From Candidatus Zhuqueibacterota bacterium (GTDB lineage Bacteria > Zhuqueibacterota > Zhuqueibacteria > Residuimicrobiales > Oceaniaggregativiventaceae): a stretch of 64,000 nucleotides of DNA. The stretch lies in the NCBI GenBank assembly GCA_014728115.1, contig WJME01000070.1, positions 2,448-66,447 of the forward strand, read 5' to 3'. Under the pieces are notes generated by a model, which worked only from the letters and a program-made list of their open reading frames with translations, did no database searches and had not been told where the DNA came from. How positions within the stretch are numbered: the first letter of the stretch is position 1; the number at the start of each line of letters is the position of its first letter. This document shows, piece by piece, positions 63,722 through 64,000 of the stretch. Both the position numbers and the translations under genes were made by a program.

Positions 63722-64000
63722 CTATGTGGTTTTGAACAAAGGCTCGACGTCTTTTGCCAGTTTCTGCACCTCTTGATTTTCCTCTTTGGTGAGAGGTTGA
63801 TATTTTTGAGCAATCTCTAACGCTTTCCAGAAAAAGGGTGACTCTCCAGGGGGCACCGCAGCTGTGGTTCCCTGAGAAAGTGTAAAGCGCACCGACAGAT
63901 CAGCAATATGGTCATCGATAATCGGTCTGTACCAACATTTTTTATACGGCCGCGACTCTTCTTTTGCCAATCGGGTATGGGCCATTGATTTGAGCGCCAG
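63722..64000 (-). CDS. Hypothetical protein, possibly 5'-partial (the frame stays open to the window edge)
   Basis: The track ORF 63722..63985 starts at Met, but the same frame continues without a stop to position 64000 (LALKS-MAHTRLAKEE...). I recognised no motif. Confidence 0.4.
   Translation of the reverse strand: MALKSMAHTRLAKEESRPYKKCWYRPIIDDHIADLSVRFTLSQGTTAAVPPGESPFFWKALEIAQKYQPLTKEENQEVQKLAKDVEPLFKTT

Noticed and set aside
1-64000. Search by eye for rRNA, tRNA, CRISPR arrays, IS elements, integrases and prophage blocks
   Set aside because: None was recognised. The intergenic regions are short or AT-rich without cloverleaf-like GC stems. A covariance-model scan (tRNAscan-SE, Infernal) would be needed to exclude small RNAs.

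Overview
This 64-kb window is bacterial chromosome with roughly 50% G+C by eye and one conspicuous AT-rich block at about 32.9-36.3 kb. I recognised no rRNA, tRNA, CRISPR array, transposase or integrase. The gene content points to an uncultured FCB-type lineage: a SusC/SusD pair beside a beta-propeller/Y_Y_Y histidine kinase, an FlgD/T9SS-like C-terminal domain, DUF4402-type pilins, Tat-leader sulfatases and a sigma-54 two-component pair. GGAGG Shine-Dalgarno sites are common, so it is probably not a classical Bacteroidia.

Housekeeping genes include recQ, malic enzyme, htpG, RNase HIII and an FGGY kinase. The accessory content I consider most worth following up is:
1. A low-GC four-gene cassette at 33.3-36.3 kb. 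It encodes a secreted 6-Cys peptide with its own promoter and a downstream hairpin, a 6-bladed beta-propeller lipoprotein interrupted by an in-frame TAA, a CxxC thioredoxin-fold protein and a lysozyme-like protein.
2. A chaperone-usher-type pilus operon at 27.6-32.8 kb built from two DUF4402 subunits. Its usher carries a fused C-terminal coiled-coil/TPR module.
3. A tripartite HipB-HipS-HipT toxin-antitoxin module at 4.37-5.98 kb with three operator palindromes. It is bracketed by a 13-copy ACGTG tandem array on one side and a homopurine/homopyrimidine inverted low-complexity block on the other.
4. A 1510-aa orphan secreted multidomain protein with a dockerin-like tail.
5. A divergent squalene/phytoene-synthase-like protein.
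6. A sigma-54 promoter with an upstream dyad, driving a secreted protein and an outer-membrane beta-barrel.

The supplied ORF track misses a 1011-codon gene that runs off the left edge (1-3033, minus strand). Three genes are disrupted (two frameshifts, one nonsense codon), which is either pseudogenisation or consensus error. All family assignments come from motif recognition by eye and no database search was run.
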